A stretch of DNA of 20,000 bases from an uncultured virus (IMG/VR IMGVR_UViG_3300000115_000011). Taxonomy: Duplodnaviria; Heunggongvirae; Uroviricota; Caudoviricetes. The position numbers were made by a program, and so were the translations under genes. Below are positions 16,965 to 20,000 of the stretch, piece by piece (positions within the stretch are counted from its first letter, which is position 1; every line of letters begins with the position of its first letter). Under the pieces are notes generated by a model, which saw nothing but the letters and a program-made list of their open reading frames with translations, was not told where the DNA came from and searched no databases. The stretch lies in IMG/VR virus record IMGVR_UViG_3300000115_000011, one strand, 5' to 3'.

Positions 16965-18610
16965 TAAATAATCTCACTCATACTTGAAGCAATATAAATG
17001 CTGTTGATAATATCTGATCCAACAACCTTGACTTCATATTGGTTAGATCTATATCCCGAAGGAAGTCTGAATGCTCTTTCATTCAACACAGGCTGAGTAT
17101 GAACTAAACCACTTTCGGCATAGACGGAAATGGTAATGTTTGAGTAGGACTCTGCCTCTACTCTGGCCGCAGCCATATTCATAGGACGACCAACCTTGTA
17201 CTGCTTAGATTGCCATTCATAGGTACTGTCTGTACCAGCATTAAACTGTTTGATCTGGCTCACGTTATCAATGAAGTACAAAGCGTCATCTTCAGGATTG
17301 GCGTAACCGCCTGTCAAGGTGGTCACATCGGTTAAATCAGAAAGGAGAAGACTCTTAGGATTGAAAATAAATCCTTTTTGAACCCCACTCACAGTATAAA
17401 ATCCGACATAGCTACCTTCGTGCATATAGCCATGGATCGTCTCAGGCTTCATAGCCTGCCACTGAGCGCGGCTATAAACCTTTTCTGTAGCCAATGTCGC
17501 TATGTTTCCTGCGGCTGATATAAGGCCATCTGGAGAGGCGTACATCACACTGTGACCCATGCCAACAACAGATCGCTTAGAGACACATGACTGATTCTCT
17601 CTCATCCTAGCTAAAGTCATGTTGCTTGGATGTGCGCCTTGGGCCACATAAGGATAAGCTTTAGTTGTAATAATTAAACTGCTACCCACGGCCTTGATAC
17701 CTACAATAGGATAGTCTGTGGACATTCTGTATTTAGTAGGCCATGCGTGGGGCATGAAAGGCTCACAGAACATTACTTCATTGTCTTTAAATCCTGCCAA
17801 AATACCATTGGATAATGAAGTCAATCCAATCATTCCCTCTGGCGGTGCAACCCAATCTGTAGAAGGCAACACACCACCAACTTGCAGAGCGGTCTTAGAA
17901 TCTGAATAAGTTGCTTCAGATAGCTGTACAACATCGACATACATATAAAAAGTTCCAGCCGCAGAGGTGACTGTCCGATAGATATTTTTATGTGTCACAT
18001 TGTAAGAATCGTTTTCTGCCGTAACCATTGCAGAAATATTGACTGTCTGGCTGGTAGGGTAAAGATCAAATACAGCACTAGGCGGTGATGGTGGCCCTTC
18101 TTCGCCATCAGCTGTAACAAAAGTGTAAACATAAGAACGTGATTCTTTGACTTCATCGTCAGTGTTAGCTGGGGCAGATCCTACTACAGCCGATGTTAGT
18201 GCTGTCGCTGGAGCAGGTAGACCTAACCGATAAGATACTGATGGGTAACGTGTACCACCGCCAATAGCCACTGAATTCTTAGTGACACGAGGTCTCATGT
18301 TGTCTACTGAGTCACCGGTGAAGTAAACGCGGTTGTATATATTTCCTGCTATGGGGGATCTCACCACATCAACGTCTTCGTCCCAGCGCAGCCACTGGTC
18401 AACACCATCAACTGTATCGTACTTATAAAGACTATTTTCTGTACCCGCTGATTCTACTGTACTGGTAATGTCAGCCAGACCACGGATAGGCACTAGATCT
18501 CCCGAATCTAAGCGGCAGTTTGTCGCTGTTACCGCTGATCCTTCAGGCAGTAATCTGGCTGAAAGTTTGGGAGCCATCCCTCTGAATACGTCTATCTTTA
18601 TAAGGGCCAT
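16964..18610 (-). CDS. Podovirus tail nozzle / tail tubular-B-like structural protein (548 aa)
   Basis: MALIKIDVFRGMAPKL...LLP..SAV.A.NC N-terminus, RSYVYTFVT..GEEGPPSPPS, FCEPFMPHAWP, QSCVSKRSVV, VMYASPDGL, YEWQSK, AFRLPSG. These match my recall of the 933W/phi24B-type nozzle family, and the gene lies directly upstream of the tail-tip fibre. Confidence 0.8.
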   Translation of the reverse strand: MALIKIDVFRGMAPKLSARLLPEGSAVTATNCRLDSGDLVPIRGLADITSTVESAGTENSLYKYDTVDGVDQWLRWDEDVDVVRSPIAGNIYNRVYFTGDSVDNMRPRVTKNSVAIGGGTRYPSVSYRLGLPAPATALTSAVVGSAPANTDDEVKESRSYVYTFVTADGEEGPPSPPSAVFDLYPTSQTVNISAMVTAENDSYNVTHKNIYRTVTSAAGTFYMYVDVVQLSEATYSDSKTALQVGGVLPSTDWVAPPEGMIGLTSLSNGILAGFKDNEVMFCEPFMPHAWPTKYRMSTDYPIVGIKAVGSSLIITTKAYPYVAQGAHPSNMTLARMRENQSCVSKRSVVGMGHSVMYASPDGLISAAGNIATLATEKVYSRAQWQAMKPETIHGYMHEGSYVGFYTVSGVQKGFIFNPKSLLLSDLTDVTTLTGGYANPEDDALYFIDNVSQIKQFNAGTDSTYEWQSKQYKVGRPMNMAAARVEAESYSNITISVYAESGLVHTQPVLNERAFRLPSGYRSNQYEVKVVGSDIINSIYIASSMSEII

Positions 18611-18628
18611 GATCTAATCTCTAACAAA

Positions 18629-19063
18629 CTATTTTAATGAGGGGACTTTAGAAGACAAAAGCTTATCCAGCATGCCTCTCATCCCGTAAATCACAACGAT
18701 CATTCCAATCAGTATGTACTGATACCACTGAGGCATTTTTTCTATTACTTCAAATCCACGAAGCGCATACACATCCATACTAGGAATAAACGCTAAGACC
18801 ATCGGCGTCATAAATACGATAAGAATAATTTCATCCTTATAGGACTTCTCCATGTTATTCATGGCCACAAGATCAAGGTTAAAGTTCTGGGCCTGACCCT
18901 CTTCAGCCATGCGTACCTGACCTTTGGCAATGGCCAACTTAGACTCAGCCTCTGCCTCAATGACCTTCATCTGACCCTTGAGCTTAACGCCAGCTAGCTC
19001 CTGCTTGCCTTTGAAGTAACCACCTACACTACTAGTAACTGCACCAATGATTGAACCCCACAT
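18629..19063 (-). CDS. Putative holin (3TM/GTA-holin-like membrane protein, 144 aa)
   Basis: Start moved to ATG 19063 (AGGAGG 4 nt upstream). Amphipathic N-terminus, coiled coil, then SYKDE-IILIVFMTPMVLAFIP and PQWYQYILIGMIVVIYG hydrophobic segments. Adjacent to the endolysin. Confidence 0.65.
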   Translation of the reverse strand: MWGSIIGAVTSSVGGYFKGKQELAGVKLKGQMKVIEAEAESKLAIAKGQVRMAEEGQAQNFNLDLVAMNNMEKSYKDEIILIVFMTPMVLAFIPSMDVYALRGFEVIEKMPQWYQYILIGMIVVIYGMRGMLDKLLSSKVPSLK

Positions 19064-19071
19064 AGAACCTC

Positions 19072-19437
19072 CTAATAACTCCAAACGGTAGGACGAGGGA
19101 AACCATCTTCCGCTGTTAAATCGTCCAAGTGGATAAACCTTGAACCGCCTTTCTGAGCAACACCGATACCGGTCATGCCATACTTGAGAGCGATCTCAAT
19201 CAGACGGTGAGCTTTGTCACCTCTGACGGCTATATCGATAGCATGTCCTGAAGCATGTGCTCCGGGCTTTTTCTTTCTTGCTTCGATAGGGTGTGTTGGA
19301 TGGCGGTAGGCTGAGGTCACTGTAAAAGGAAAGTCACAGACCTCTCGGATGGCATTGACCTTTTCCATAAAGGCTTCATCCATTTCACATTCACCTGAGT
19401 GGGAGCACTTGAGTTCGTCTTCAGAAAAGTAATTCAT
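19072..19437 (-). CDS. Endolysin, Peptidase M15 (M15_3-type Zn peptidase)
   Basis: MNYFSEDELKC, VTSAYRHPTH, GAHASGHAIDIA (H-x6-D) and FIHLD Zn-ligand motifs. Flanked by membrane-protein genes. Confidence 0.9.
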   Translation of the reverse strand: MNYFSEDELKCSHSGECEMDEAFMEKVNAIREVCDFPFTVTSAYRHPTHPIEARKKKPGAHASGHAIDIAVRGDKAHRLIEIALKYGMTGIGVAQKGGSRFIHLDDLTAEDGFPRPTVWSY

Positions 19438-19442
19438 ATTAG

Positions 19443-19715
19443 TTAACCGTTATAGTTTGCAAAGAAATAACCCACAGCGCAGGTTACGATAATAAATCCT
19501 ATCCGCTCTAACACTCTGGCAACGCCACCAGCTTTTATTACAGCCGTGTTTAATTGATCTAAGCGGTTGCTATGGACATCTAACCTTTTATCTTGGGTTG
19601 CTTGATGAAGATTGAGGTGGTCGATCTTTGTCTCCACTGCGACTAACTGAGAAAGAGCATCCACCAGCTTGTCTAACTTAGCTTCTATCCGATCAAATCT
19701 TTTATCGGTGTCCAT
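19443..19715 (-). CDS. Coiled-coil protein with single C-terminal TM helix (XhlA/holin-like, 90 aa)
   Basis: RFDRIEAKLDKLVDAL coiled coil and IGFIIVTCAVGYFF TM segment. ATG 19715 has AAGGAAG upstream. The alternative start is 19751 (ATGA overlap). Confidence 0.6.
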   Translation of the reverse strand: MDTDKRFDRIEAKLDKLVDALSQLVAVETKIDHLNLHQATQDKRLDVHSNRLDQLNTAVIKAGGVARVLERIGFIIVTCAVGYFFANYNG

Positions 19716-19747
19716 TAATACTTCCTTTTTCTTTGCTTTAACAACAC

Positions 19748-20000
19748 TCATAAGTGACCCTGTTTGATATAAATCGCAACCCCGAACAACGCGCCCATGA
19801 TTACTATCATTATTAGTCCCACAGTAATTCCGACTGTGAGATTATCTTGAAGTCTTTTAGCTTTTAGTGCTTTCTGTTTGGCGGCTGCTTGTTCGGCTTC
19901 TTTTAAATCTCTTGTGTACTGGGCTTTGAATGCCAAAAAGTCCACCCAACCATGCAGCCTCTGTTTATTAAGCATAAATTTAAGTTCTTCTTCTTGCCTA
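19748..20000 (-). CDS. Hypothetical membrane protein, 5'-truncated
   Basis: The frame stays open upstream of ATG 19975 to the edge (RQEEELKF-MLNKQ...). Coiled coil plus C-terminal TM (VGITVGLIMIVIMGALFGVAIYI). Confidence 0.7.
   Translation of the reverse strand, partial: RQEEELKFMLNKQRLHGWVDFLAFKAQYTRDLKEAEQAAAKQKALKAKRLQDNLTVGITVGLIMIVIMGALFGVAIYIKQGHL

Noticed and set aside
9349..17909. Remaining plus-strand ORFs (9349, 11053, 13406, 13673, 14067, 14684, 16672, 17718)
   Set aside because: They are antisense to well-supported, tightly coupled minus-strand genes.
12928..19084. Longest-ORF starts at 12954, 14103, 14784 and 19084
   Set aside because: Downstream starts (12927, 14073, 14778, 19063) have clear AAGGAG/AGGAGG sites at workable spacing and reduce overlaps or fit better.
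1..20000. Alternative genetic code, tRNAs, intrinsic terminators
   Set aside because: Genes tile the strand in the standard code with TAA, TAG and TGA all used as stops. Intergenic gaps are too short, and I saw no convincing cloverleaf or hairpin plus U-tract.

Overview
The whole window is one tightly packed, minus-strand late operon of a short-tailed dsDNA phage or prophage. The gene order resembles, from recall rather than a search, the tail/ejectosome module of phi24B/933W-type podoviruses. In transcription order (right to left): a truncated membrane protein, a lysis cluster (coiled-coil/TM holin-like gene, Peptidase M15 endolysin, 3TM holin-like gene), a nozzle/tail protein, a tail-tip fibre, two accessory genes (one an odd ParA/MinD-like P-loop fused to a tail-chaperone-like C-terminus), phoH, a GNAT-like virion assembly protein, and four ejection-type internal virion proteins. 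Last is a giant ORF (8938 to <1, at least 2979 aa) that the ORF track missed because it has no stop in the window. I read it manually. It is a polyvalent protein with an ejection-like N-terminus, a ParB/Srx-like domain (SGRHR), an HExxxH zincin metallopeptidase, a complete Strawberry-notch-like SF2 helicase, and the probable start of a second peptidase-like domain. Other notable signals: an 11-aa peptide (SGYQGQSSSSP) shared by two different ejection proteins with only synonymous DNA differences, a P22 gp7-like leader ending at C-KGGG, and a Pho-box-like site upstream of phoH.
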